Part shown: in pieces, positions 48,371-61,099 of the stretch
Numbering within the stretch: position 1 is the stretch's first letter
Layout: each line of letters starts with the position of its first letter
NCBI RefSeq assembly: GCF_963921235.1
Contig: NC_086108.1
Coordinates: forward strand, 99,264,001-99,328,000
Reading direction: 5' to 3'
DNA: 64,000 bases
Origin: Mobula hypostoma
Lineage: Eukaryota
Position numbers and translations under genes: made by a program
Notes under the pieces: generated by a model
Told to the model about the DNA's origin: nothing
The model's input: the letters and a program-made list of their open reading frames with translations, nothing else
The model's database searches: none

Positions 48371-49751
48371 TTTAGATAGCTATGACGCAATATCCATAGT
48401 TGACCCTGACCGACTCAGTTTCAGTAGGAGACCAACATACTAGTAATTCCATTGAAATGAACACAGCTTGTACAACAATACCTTTAAGGGTAATGGATGT
48501 GAATCTGCACAATTGCTTTACCTCTGTATAGAACAAAGCCCAACCCTGAGAAAGCATCATGGCTACATTTAATTTTTAATGCCTATTTTGTTATCTAAGC
48601 GCCAGTTTACATATTGGGCCTGATTGGAAGATCACAGAATAAGTAGAAGCATTGACGAAATAAAAGAGGCTTTTTGTGAAATGGCATTTTAATTTTTTAA
48701 AGCAGCATTTGCTCCTTCTAACTGGATTAGCTCTTGAATCCGTGGCTGTTAACGTCAGCTCCATTAACTCCTGTCATCTGGTTTTTGGCCGCATTGTACT
48801 CAGGCACAATTTTCTAAATTGCCTTCCTTTCAATGACGATTGGAAATCACACAAACCTTAATTCAGAGCAATGAGGTTCAAGCTTCAGATCATCATCTGT
48901 AGTTCAGGGGTTGAACAGCAGGTGGAGACATTTTGCAGTTTAGCTGCTCATGAATGGCCCATTAAACACTATTTTCTTTCAGATCACTGGGTGTTTTAAA
49001 AACACACACACACATACTTATTCATTTCCTATCTCTGCACTTTTAACTTTGCAATGCATTTCACCATGGCTCACTGTTTTGTCTTGAGAGAGCTAATATT
49101 TATTTACTGCTTGTCTCACGATGGCTTTCGAATAAAAATTTCACGGGCAATTGATTTCTAGCAGCTGTATTATGCTTCAGTTCCAGTCAAACAACCTTAG
49201 TCTGGGTCTGCTGAAGCTACACATTACATGCCAGGATCTTAATGCAACAAAGTTGTGCTGGAGTTATTTCACTGCCAGTTTGGTCACCATGATGGGAGTT
49301 TCCTCGAGACCCTACAGAGGATAAAACCTGAAATGTCCATTTCCCTCCAAAGATGCTGCCTGACCTGCTGAGTTCCTTCAGCTTTGAGTGTGCTGCTCCA
49401 GATTCCAGCAACTACAGTCTCTCGTGGCTTCTGGATTCAGCTAGAGGCAAAATCCTTCAGTCACTACCTGACTTACTCGACTGAGAATCAGCTGTAGTAT
49501 CACTGACAGAAGTCATGAAATTCGTTGTTTTGCGGCAGCAATAGTGTGCAATACACTAAAAAAAACCATAAACTGGATGTGGAGAGGATGTTTCCTATGG
49601 TGGGGGGAGTCCAAGACAAAAGGACACAGCCTCAGAATAGAAGGATGTCCATTTAGATTGGAGATGAAGAGGAATTTCTTCACCAGAGATTGGCGGATTT
49701 GTGGAACTTGCTGCCGCAGGTGGCTGGGGAGGTCAAGTCTTTGTGTATATT

Positions 49752-50350
49752 AGAAACATAGAAACATAGAAAATAGGTGCAGGAGTAGGCCATTCAGCCC
49801 TTCGAGCCTGCACCGCCATTTATTATGATCATGGCTGATCATCCAACTCAGAACCCCGCCCCAGCCTTCCCTCCATACCCCCTGACCCCTGTAGCCACAA
49901 GGGCCATATCTAACTCCCTCTTAAATATAGCCAATGAACTGGCCTCAACAGTTTGCTGTGGCAGAGAATTCCACAGATTCACCACTCTCTGTGTGAAGAA
50001 GTTTTTCCTAATCTCGGTCCTAAAAGGCTTCCCCTCTATCCTCAAACTGTGACCCCTCGTTCTGGACTTCCCCAACATTGGGAACAATCTTCCTGCATCT
50101 AGCCCGTCCAATCCCTTTAGGATCTTATACGTTTCAATCAGATCCCCCCTCAATCTTCTAAATTCCAATGAGTACAAGCCCAGTTCATCCAGTCTTTCTT
50201 CATATTAAAGTCCTGCCATCCCAGGAATCAATCTGGTGAACCTACTTTGTACTCCCTCTATGGCAAAGATGTCTTTCCTCAGATTAGGGGACCAAAACTG
50301 CACACAATACTCCAGGTGTGGTCTCACCAAGGCCTTGTACAACTGCAGTA
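49752..50350 (-). mobile_element. Young CR1 3' end nested in older plus-strand CR1 (49570-49751 / 50351-50520)
   Basis: YSLEFRRLRGDLIETYKILKGLD...RKNFFTQRVVNLWNSLPQ. Confidence 0.92.
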
Positions 50351-51169
50351 GAGTATTTAAGGTAGAGGTTGATCGACTCTTGATTAGTCAGGGCATGAAG
50401 GGATGTGGGGAGAAGCCGGAGACTGGGGCTGAGAGGGAAAGTGGATCAGTCAAGATGAAATGGGGGAGCAGACTCGATGGGCCAAATTCTGCTCATGTAT
50501 CTTATGGATCTTATGGTCTGAAATGGCAATATATGTTAAAAATAAATTAATAAAGTAGTGCACAGAGAGAGCAAAATAGTGAGATAGTGTTTCTAGGAAG
50601 AGGTACAGTTGACATTTCGGGCCGAGACCCTTTGTCAGGACCCTTCCTATAGATGCTGCCTGGACTGCTGTGTTCACCAGCAACTTTTATCTGTGTTGCT
50701 TGAAATTCCAGCATCTGCAGATATCCTCGTGTTTGAGTGAGGTAGTGTTCATGGGTTTGTTCATTGTCCTTTCAGAAATCTGAATGGTGGAAGGGAAGAA
50801 GGTGTTCCTAAAACGTTGAAGGTGTAGCTTTAGACTCCTGTACCTCCTCCTTGATGGTAGTAATGAGAAGAGGACTTATCCTGGGTGGAGGGGGTCCTTA
50901 TTGATGGATTGGTGTGTTAATGTAACCAAACCCACCAATGGTCTGTTAGTTACAGCTTGGGCGTAGGGTGGATTTGGAATGTGGAAGGTGAGCACTAGAT
51001 AGATACGTGGTTCCCACAATAATGATTTAACATGAGGTTATGCACATATTTGTGTCCCCTCTGAAACCAGCAAACTTCAGCTCCTGCATCTGCCTTTGTC
51101 CAACCACGTTAGAGTCACACAGCACAGCGAAAGGGCCTTCAGGATGCTGGTCTAAGTTCAGCAAATCAA

Positions 51170-52240
51170 GACTCAAGGCAGTCTACGGATGCTGGAAATC
51201 TTGAGCAATCAACACAAAAATGTTGAGGAACTCAGCAGGTCAGGCAGCAGCTATGGAGAGGAATAAACAGACAATGCTTTGTGCCAGAACCTTCATCAGG
51301 AAGGGGGCAGAAGCCAGAATAAGCTGGTGGGGGGAAGGGAAGGAGAACAAGCTGACAGGTGACAGGTGAAACCAGGTAAAGGGGGAGAGTAGGTGGGTGG
51401 GGGAGAGGTGATGAAGGGAGAAGCCAGGAGGTGATAGGTGGAAGAGGTAAAGGGCTGAAAAAGGAATCTGAGAGGAGAAGGAGGAATAAAGGAGAGAAGG
51501 AGGAGAACCAGATGGGGGTGAAGAGAAAGGGTGAGAGGGTAAAGAGAAAGGGGAATGGGAAAAAAGAGATGAGTGGGAAGTAATTACCGAAGGCGAGAGG
51601 AGGGAAAGTAATCACACTTTATTTTCCAGTGTTATTGTTGTACCTTGTTCTACCTCAGTGGACTGTGTAATGATATGATCTGTATGAAGAGTATGTGAGA
51701 AAAGCTTTTCACTGTATTTCAGTAAATGTAAAATAAGGACGCAGGAAATGAAAGGAATGGGAGCAGGAGTTGGCCGCCTGGCCTGTCGAGCCTGCTCTGT
51801 CGTTCAATAGGATCATGGCTGATCTGACCATGGAGCCAGCTCCACCTACCCACATTTTCCCCACAACACCCTGTTATGCAAAATTCCCATAACTGTGTCT
51901 TGAGTGGCACACGCAAAATGCTGGAGGAACTCAGCAGGTCAGGCAGCATCTATGGAAGTGAATAAACAGTTGAAGTTTCAGGCTGAGACCCTTGATAAGG
52001 AGTGGAAAGGAAGGGAGAAGATGCCAGGTGGGCCGGGGGGGGGGCGGGGGGGATGGGGAGAGGAGAAGGAAGCTAGCTAGAAGGTGACAGGTGAGGCCAG
52101 GTGGGTGGGAAAGGTAATGGGCTGGAGAGGAAGGAATCTGATTGGAGAGGAGAGTGGACCATGGGAGAAAGAAGAGAAGGGGACCCTGGGGGAGGTGATA
52201 GGCAGCTAAGAAGAAGCAAGAGGCCAAAGTGGGGAATGGA
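51170..52240 (-). mobile_element. Two Penelope-like termini/UTRs (51170-51600, 51905-52240)
   Basis: aaaatg.tg.ggaactcagcaggtcaggcagca blocks followed by purine-rich antisense UTR. Confidence 0.75.
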
Positions 52241-52933
52241 AGGTTGGGATCTTTGCTTTTGAGGAAGATTGCAGTGATGTATTCTTCACGGAGAATGGGC
52301 CTGTGTCTAAAGCACAGAATACCTCCCTGGTTTGGAGGCTCAAATGCACAGGATTGAAAGCGGCTGCCGAGGGTTTGAGACTCAGTTGGCTTCATCACAC
52401 TCACAACCTTACACACTGAAGACCCTCACCAACAGGGTCACGTTCTCTTCTCATTACTATCATCGGGAGGAAAGTACAGGAGCCTGAAGACCCTCAATCA
52501 ATGTTTTAGGGGAAGCTTCTTCCCCTCCGCCATTTGAACCATCTATGAACCCATGAAACACACACAAAATGCTGGAGGAACTCAGCAGGCCAGGCGGCAC
52601 CTATGGAAAAAAGTACAGATGGCATTTCGGGCCAAGACCCTTCTGCAGGACTTGTTCGTTCGTGGATATTACTTTGCTATTCCTCATGATCATGCTATTT
52701 ATTTTAGTTTTATGGTAACTTTTAGTAATCTTTTTATGCTTCGCACTGTACTGCTGCCACAAAGCAACACATTTAACGACAGATGTCAGGTGGTAATAAC
52801 CCCATCCTGATTCGGAAGCCCGTCCTTAAACACACGTAATTGTAAGCGGAGCACAGTACGTTCGGTTTGACAAGGCAAACCTTCGTTAACAGAAATCCAG
52901 AGCATTGACCTGGGCTGCCAGGATAGTCACTGG

Positions 52934-53299
52934 CTATGTTCCTCCTAAGCTGTGTGCGTGCGCACACATGTTTTTCAACCAGCGCGCAAAGGAAATTAAT
53001 GTGCGCACAAAAGGTTAGTTACCTAAAATAATGTAGTAATTAATAATTCTAATAGTCTAGATAGAGTTTACAAAGAATGGGTAAATGCCAAAGACCGGAG
53101 AGAGAAAAAATAACTGAGTGACTTAAATATGTATGTTATTTTGTTGTTATTCTGTGCAATTTTATGTCAAATATTTTGTAAACCTACATAAATTGTGTCA
53201 TATGTACATTCAGTGCGCACATACTTTTGTTACAGGAAAAAAATTGCGCAATATAAGATTTTTGTGCACACTGACTACTAAAAATTTGAGGGAACATTG
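52934..53299. mobile_element. hAT-type MITE
   Basis: Termini CTATGTTCC / GGGAACATTG; 8-bp TSD GTCACTGG at 52926-52933 and 53300-53307. Confidence 0.85.
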
Positions 53300-54109
53300 G
53301 TCACTGGGCTTTGCAAGCCCCCGTACACCACAGGGCAGCAGCCCCCCCCCCCCCACTCCATGCCCGTTTGTATCTCTTGCCATTGTTTTTGAGTATTTGC
53401 CATTGGGCAGGTGAGCGCCAGTTTTGTGGCTCCAGGCACCAGGGCAAGAGTCTGTGTACTGAAGCCGATGGGGAAATGATTGATTGTGTAAAAGGACAGC
53501 CTGGGCTGACACTGTCTCAGTGTAGGTGAGGTGCAGCGACTGTGGGAGAAGGCTCCCTTGCACTTTCTTTTGGCTCCTTCACGCTTTGAAAATGCCAATT
53601 TGGAAGGTTATCAACATTCATTCCGCTTAACATAAAAGCTTTAATATCACATAAAAAAGCATATTTATTTTGTTATCTGCTGGTACATTTAATACAGATA
53701 ATTAACTTGGCAATGGGGTTGAAATATAAATGAAAGTACAATTATTCTAATTTGCTATGCAGAATCCCTCATATATATCCTATTATCTGCGCTCTGCATA
53801 AACATGCCCCATTTTTCTTGAGCCCTCCCTACCTCCTTCCTCATTCGCTGCATCTTCAGAAAAGCAGATTATGCTGATTTTTCACTCGGACACTGAAGCA
53901 CTGAGCCAGGTGTTTGGCAGCAACAGAGTATTCAGGTGTAACTGCAGCAGAGATGGTACAAGATGAGCCGTGTGGATGAAAGATGAGCTGTGTAGGCTCC
54001 TGGGACAGAGCTAACGCCTTCCCTATCCTGAGAATTATTTATTTTATTTTTGTAATTTAAAGCAATTTAATGTTCCTTTGCATTACTGTTGAGCTCGAGG
54101 AGATTTTGT

Positions 54110-54990
54110 ATGTCTCAGATCTCTACAGATGTACCCTGGAGAGCATTCTAACTGATTGCATCACGGTCCGGTACGGGGTGGCGGTAGGGGGTAGTGGGTG
54201 GTGGGGTACTGCACCAGATCGAAATAGGCTACAGAGAGTTGTAAATTCAGTTATCTCCATCGTGGACACCAGCCTCCACAGCATCCAGGACATCTTCAAG
54301 GAGCGATGCCGCAAAAAGGCTGCATCCATCATTAAGGACCCCCATCACCTGGGAGAGGTCTTCCTCACATTGCTACTTTCAGGAAAGAGGTACAGGACCC
54401 TGAAGACACACAGTCAATGATTCAGGAACAGCTTCTTCCCCTCTGCAATTAGATTTCTGAATGGACATTGAACCCATGAACATGACCTCACTACTTTTTT
54501 CTCTCTCTCTTTTTGCACTTTTTAAAAATTTAACTATTTACAGTATATATATTTACTGTAATTTACAGTGTTTTATTATTATGTATTATTATTATTATTA
54601 TTATGTGTTGGCATGTGGCCAAGTGGTTAAGGCGTTCGTCTAGTGATCTGAAGGTCGCTAGTTCGAGCCTCAGCAGAGGCAGCGTGTTGTGTCCTTGAGC
54701 AAGGCACTTAACCACACATTGCTCTGCGACGACACTGGTGCCAAGCTGTATGGGTCCTAATGCCCTTCCCTTGGACAACATCGGTGGCATGGAGAGGGGA
54801 GACTTGCAACATGGGCAGCTGCCGGTCTTCTATACAACCTCGCCCAGGGCTGCGCCCTGGAAACCTTCCAAGCCACAAATCCGTGGTCTTAGGAGACTAA
54901 CGGATGCCTATTATTATGTATTGCATTGTACTGCTGCAGCATACAACGCGTTTCACGACATATGCCAGTGATATTAAGGCTGATTCTGAT
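54110..54990 (+). mobile_element. Rex1/Babar 3' end with nested SINE
   Basis: YRCTLESILTDCITV.YG...KKAASIIKDPHH...LLLSGKRYR. Confidence 0.85.
54604..54910 (+). mobile_element. tRNA-derived CORE-type SINE
   Basis: A box TGGCCAAGTGG, B box AGTTCGAGCC, GTGTCCTTGAGCAAGGCACTTAAC CORE-like box; tattattatgt at both flanks. Confidence 0.85.
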
Positions 54991-55454
54991 TCTACTGTTG
55001 CTGCATCACAACCCATTTCATATTATATAAGTCAACGATATTACACCCGATTCTGTGCAGGTGAACAGAGACTTTTTCTTCTCTCCTGTTCTTACTTTAT
55101 AAAACCAGAGTAATTTACTTCCCTCTCCCAATCTCCAGACCGCCTTCTCACGGTGGCCATTGAAGGGTGCAGAAGCCTGTAGCCCATCACCAATAGGACC
55201 AGCTTTCAGACATTCGGTTCGTGAACCCACTGGCAAAACCCTAATCAGTGCAGCCCGGCAACGCTATGTCCAGTTTGACCTTTGACCATTTTGCACTAAC
55301 GTGGACTCATGGCTTTTTGATGTCTGTGTTCTTGTTTGTAAAAATTGTTTTATTTACATTTATGTTTCTCTTGTGTGTGCTGCTAACACGAAGCTACATG
55401 TCTGTGATTCTCCTGCAAGGAAGATTTTCATTGCACCTGCGCACACATGGACTT

Positions 55455-55880
55455 ACACTTACTTACGGCCTGTTACGCCGCTGGCATTTAGGACAGCAAT
55501 GAAGGTCCTCCTTCTCTGCAGATATTCAGGGCTTCCTTCCTCATGTCAGTAGCTTCCTCTCAGTTTTCGCTACTGTCAGTCATGCGAGTCCCAGATGGAG
55601 ACTCAGGAATACCGTCGCACTCAAATGCAGAAGGATTCTTCATTGCTGTTTCCATAACAATTTTGTCTTACCAGTCAGGAGTCAGGATAGTTAACCTTGA
55701 GCTGGGCCCCTGAACCTGGAGGATCGCTGGAGCACTCTTAGTTTGGCCTCTACCCTTTGACCTGTTTGGCATGGTTGACCTTACCAAGAGCCAAAGCATA
55801 AAGCTCTGACTCCAGCCAGCATAACTCTCCGCGTCATTGAGACACACAAGCCTCTAAACGCTACGACAAGGTTGTGGTCT
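55455..55880 (-). mobile_element. Bipartite non-autonomous RTE-derived element
   Basis: Minus-strand head ccttgtcgtagcgtttagaggcttg, tail ...ctaaatgccagcggcgtaacagg-(taag)n. Confidence 0.6.
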
Positions 55881-56584
55881 TCTTGGAGGATGGTCTTATG
55901 CAGATTACAATAAACACGAATCTGACTTTTTTGACCTACTAAAGGATGACTCCTTTTGCACATTGGTTATTTGCCAGTCTTTCTTTGTGTGTAGTTTTTC
56001 ATTGATTCTTTTGTACTTCTCTGTGAATGCCGGCAAGAAATCAATCTCAGGGTTGTACATGATGATATATATGTACTTTGATCATAAATTTACTTTGAAC
56101 TTTGACTTATAGCTTGAAGATCTTATTTGGATCTTGGGAAATTTCTTCAGTCTCTGAAAATGCTCTGTTTTTTTTGGTCTGATTTTTGCTCCTGTGAAGT
56201 ATTTTGGTCCTCTCCTCCTTTCTGAAAGGAAGAATTGTTCTCAGGATTGGGGCCAGGCTGGATGGGTCATCTCTTATCTGCCATTAAGCTATTTATCACC
56301 AATACTCATTAATAAGAGTCGGGAACTTTGCTATGGATCTGGAAACTGGAGGTCTTGCCTCATTTCTCTGAAAGAAAGAAATAATAAATGAGAGCCCATA
56401 GTTTCATTGTCGCCGTTCCTGATGGTCAGGGACGACGTGAATAAATTGTCCAACTTTGTTAGTGGGATCTGAACAATAAACGCGAATAGGAGCGCAGGAT
56501 TAGCAATGGTATTGGTTTATTATTGTCACAAGTATCAAGATGCAGTGAAAAGTTTGTCTTGCATATTGTTCACACAGACCAAGT

Positions 56585-57492
56585 CACACAATCTCTAAGA
56601 CCTTGCACAAAAAGGATATTTTTGGAAGAGTGGCAAGGCTGAAAAAAAAGCATGCCCTTGCCTGTAAAGTCTTTGCACAATGTCTCTTACAGTGGAAGAT
56701 GCAATAAAGTTGTGGAAGGAAGTCTTGTGGTCGGATGAGACTAAAGTGGAACTTTTTGTCCTCAACGCTAAGCAGTTCATGTTGCGTCAATCTAATTTTG
56801 TGCATCAGCCAAGTAACACCATCCCATCTGTAGAGGGAGTATGCAGGGGCTGGAAATTTGATCAGGATTAATGGGAAGATAAATGCTACTAAATACAGAG
56901 AGATCCTGGATAAAACCTGCTAGCCTCTGCTAGAAAGCTTAAATTGGGGAGGAATTTTGCCTTTCAGCAGGACAACGACCCAAAGCACACTGTCGGAGCA
57001 ACCATGGAGTGGCTTGGCTTCAAATGAAGAAAACTGATGCCCTTGAGTGGCCCAGTCAGAGTCCTGATCTTAACCCAATTGAACACCTCTGGCAAAGCCT
57101 CAAGATTGCCGTCCACCATTGCTCCCCAACAAACCTGGCACAGCTTGAGCGATTTTGCAAGAAGGAATTGATAAATCTTTCTCCAGTATGTTGTGCAAAG
57201 CTGATAGAAATTTATCCAAAAAGATTACTGGCTGTAGTAGCTGTGAGAGGTGGTTCAACCAAGTATTGAGCAAAGAGGGATGCATACTTTTGAACTGCTT
57301 ACATCTCAGGTTTTGAATTTTTTGTGTTTCATGGTTTACCAGTCTCCCTGTTTTTCTTCGGGCTCTACTGGGACAAAAAAGAGCATGTGATTCAAAAATA
57401 AAAATCCTCAGTTAAATTGACCAAAATCTCTGGTTATGATTCTCATTTATGTGAACAAAGGGTTGTGAGCTGAATACTTTTACAAGCCACTG
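56585..57492 (+). mobile_element. Tc1 DNA transposon remnant (DD34E-type transposase pseudogene, right TIR)
   Basis: [43 protein letters not shown]; ends gaatacttttacaagccactg followed by TA. Confidence 0.93.
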
Positions 57493-58234
57493 TAGGCTAC
57501 TTTATGTATTTATAATTATTGTGTCTTTAAATGATTTCTGTGTTTCTTTATATTTTGTGCTTTTTTTGTGCTGCATATGTTCTGGAGTAATGATTATTTC
57601 ATTCTCCTTACACTTGTGTACAAACAATGACATTAAACAATCTCGAATCTTGAATTATACAGTGCATTGAGCAATGCACAGCAAAGTCTAAAAGCTGCAG
57701 AAAGGTGCAGTACAGGTAAATAAAAGAGTGCAATATCATAACGAGGCAGATTGTGAGGTGGACAATCCATCTTATTGCACAAGTGGTTCTGTTCAAGAGT
57801 TGTAAAACAGTGGGATAGAAGCTGTCTTTGAGCCTGATGGGATGTGGTTTCTTCCTGGGGGGAGAGGAGGTGAGAGAGAATGTCAGTGGTGGGTGGGGTC
57901 TTTGTTTATGCTGGCTGCTTTACCAAGGCAGTGAGAAGTATTGAGAGTCCATATGGAGGGGAGGCTGGTTCCTGTGACGTGCTGAGCCATTTATCTCAAT
58001 GCTGAAGTACCTTCAAATTCGTTAAGAAGTACAGAAATCGAGATCCTGATGTAAAAATGAAATACATTTCTATTGAACCTTCATGGCAGAGGGGAAGTTA
58101 AAGCACTTCAGAACCATCGAAGCTTGCTCACTGTTGTAATGTTGCCAACTTGCTCACAGCAGAGCCACAAGTAACAGTACAACAAATAATAAATTTCTTT
58201 TAGTGATTTTTACTGAGCAATAAAAAATAGTAAC

Positions 58235-58815
58235 AGAGTCATACAGCACTACAGCACATAAACAGGTCCTTCAGCTCATCTAGTCCATGCCCAACTATTA
58301 ATCTGTCTAGACCCATTGACCCACGCCCTCCGTACCCCTCCCATCCATGTACCTATTCAAATTTCTCGTAAATGTTGAAATTGAGCCCGCATCCACCATT
58401 TCCGCTGGCAGTGCGTTCCACACTCGCAACACCTGAGTGAAGAATTTCCCACTCGCTTCCCATAAACATTTCACCTTTCACCCTTAATCGATGACTTCTA
58501 GTTCTAGTCTCACCCAATCTCAATGAAAACAGCCTGCTGCATTTACCCCACCCAAAGCCCTCATAATTTTGTATACTTCTGTCAAATCTCCCCTCAATCT
58601 TCAACGTTCTAGGGAATAAAATACTAATCTATCCAACTTCCCCCAATAACTCAGGTTCTCAAATCCTTGTAAATTTTCTCCGCACTCTTTCAATCTTATT
58701 GATATCTTTCCTGTGGGTTGGTAACCAGAACGGCCCACAATATTTTAAATTAGGCCTCACCATCATCTTATAACATCCCAATTCCTGTACTCAATACTTT
58801 GATTTGTGAATGCCA
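58235..58815 (-). mobile_element. CR1 3' fragment
   Basis: Antisense RLFSLRLGETRTRSHRLRVKG block. Confidence 0.85.
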
Positions 58816-59881
58816 GTCAACTGGAGTTTTCCTACTCTTGTTTGACCAGTGTAATGAAACCTTTTATATCATTGGATAGGCTTGGGCTTTTTACCCTAGA
58901 CCACAGGAGACTGATGGGTGAACTCACAGGGGTACATAAAAGCATTATGGACAAAAAATATTGTGGAGTCTGTTTCTCAGAGTAGAGGGGTCTGAAACGT
59001 GAGGTTTAAGGTGAGAGAGGAAAGATTTATAAGGGATCTAAGGAGCAACCTTTTTTTTGTCATACAGAGCGTGCTGGGTGCATGGAATGAGCTGAAGAAT
59101 TGGTAGAGGTGGGTACAATTATGTCTAAAAGCCAATTAGGCAAACAACAGATGAACCAGGAGATCCAAACAACCCTGGGCATTCTCTATTCTTTGCAGAA
59201 GATACAAAACTCTGAAAGCATGTTTCATCAGGTTCAAGGACAGCTTCTAACCTGCTGTAATAAGGCTATTAGAAAGCTCCCTAATATAATCAGTTGGACT
59301 CCTGACTTCACAATCTACTCCCTCAAAGGTTACAGGAAAACTGAACAGTCCCAGACTGTTTCAATGACTCTGTGGTTCGATGTTTAATATCCTGTGTCAA
59401 TCACTCAATGATTCATGGCTGTCTGCGGAAAGACGAATCTCAGGATTGAGAATGGGATATATACTTCGATAGCAAATGTACTTTGAATCTTTGAGGGCAG
59501 GAGAATGGGGTTGAGAGGAATATGGCCTAATTCTGCTCCTATGTATTTGAGTGCTGTAATAGTGTTATGCTAATTGCTATGCTACTGTGTCGTCCTTAAT
59601 CCTTGCAAAAGGCCAGAAAGTTCACTGTGCATTTCTGGCTAATACTTCTCCTCTATTCATGAATATAATGTGTGAAATGGTATATATTTCTTGCACTTTG
59701 AGTAGACTTTCCTGTGCTGTAGTGAAAGGAACTATATAAATGCAGGCCTGTTCCTCCTTCTGTTGCCTGTTTTACAGACAGATTTTCATTGCTTTGTCCC
59801 TTTACTAAAAGTGACAACAGCTTTCAGAGTCTATGGGATGGTGATGATGAAAGCCTTTGAGAGGTGATGATGAAAACCTTT

Positions 59882-60292
59882 TTGGAAACCATTTATTCAA
59901 CGTTTTCATATGATGTAATTTGACCTTTCCGAATCCTTCTTATTAACTTAAAATATATGAATAGAGGAGCGGAGTTGATGACATTATTGAACGTGTTCGA
60001 TTCAAGATAATGGTTTAGCCTTGTTTTATTCCTTTTGCTTTTTTTTGGTTTAGTATTTAGGTTTTTTTTTGTTTCTTTTTGGGGTTTTTCTTTGTATTTT
60101 TTCTTTTTATTTCTTTTTTCTCTATGATTAACTACGTTTGTATATCAACAGTTTGGAAGTCTATTATATTTGTATTATTGGAAATCTTTTTTGTATATGC
60201 TTATCAATAATAAGAGTATTCCAATCTCTCTGTATCAACATTGTTATTCTGTTTATAATTTTGGAAAATTAATAAAAAGATTTAAAAAGAAA
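59882..60292 (+). mobile_element. L1-clade LINE 3' end
   Basis: WKPFIQRFHMM* ORF end, T-rich UTR, AATAAA, A-rich tail; TSD GAAAACCTTT at 59872-59881 and 60293-60302. Confidence 0.75.
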
Positions 60293-60439
60293 GAAAACCT
60301 TTGGATGGTGAAGATGAAAGCCTTTGGGTGGTGATGATGTGCTTTCATTTCAGTGAGGATGAGTGAGACTTTTGGAGATAACAGCACTTGGCAAAGATCT
60401 GGATCCATTTCTGTTCTTCTGTTCAACTTTCATTGTCAG

Positions 60440-60760
60440 CTGTGTCTCTACTGGTGGACCTCTTAGTGTCTCATTCAGATGGTTGTGCAGTCAAAGGTTT
60501 GAGCATAAAATCCTCAGCTAAGTCTTCTGTTCAGCTGAAGATGCTGCTACAGAGTTGCTCCCTGTTGGATGAGATGTTCTCTACCAAGTGAACATAAATA
60601 TCTCAAGGCAATGCTTTAAAGAATGTGTGTTTCTCCTCAGTATTCTAGCACGTTTATCCTTAATCAACATTACATATCAGATTATTCGACCATTTCACAC
60701 TGATAGATGTTAGTGTTTGCTGTATAAAAATTGACCATCCTGTTCTCTCCAATACAACAA
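60440..60760 (+). mobile_element. Old DeuSINE (SacSINE1/AmnSINE1-like) relic
   Basis: ggatgagatgtt...gtgaacataaa...tttatcc..aatcaacatta...cagattat...gctgtataaaaattg follow the order of Deu-domain motifs as I recall them. Confidence 0.55.
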
Positions 60761-61099
60761 TGGAATGATTTTCATTAGGACCTCACTGGATGTAGTGCGA
60801 TCACACAAGTCAAGTACAATGTTCTTTTAAGGGGTTATCTGTCAAGGGTCTTCAGGTGTCTGTAGAGGCCAATCTGGGATCCACATATTCTGATCATGAC
60901 TAGTGGCTTCAAAGCCTCACAACTCTTTCCCTCCACCACTTGTTGACACTCACAGGATCTAATCTGTTGTGCTAGAGTGGATTCCCTTCCTGCAGAATGT
61001 ATGTGCACGACGTTGTCTTCATGGGAAGGCTGATGCATGGGCATCCATCACACAGTCCTGCACAGATCGGGGTCAGGGTCCAGTAGCATGGAATACAAG

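Noticed and set aside
42662..50350. Segmental duplication between 42.7-43.2 kb and 49.8-50.3 kb
   Set aside because: Similarity is confined to a young CR1 3' end; flanks differ
54604..54680. tRNA gene
   Set aside because: A/B boxes run into a CORE-like SINE body present in three copies; SINE head, not a tRNA
59836..59880. TGATGA motifs as snoRNA C boxes or hammerhead cores
   Set aside because: Part of a tandem repeat; no D box with terminal stem, no CUGANGA plus stems
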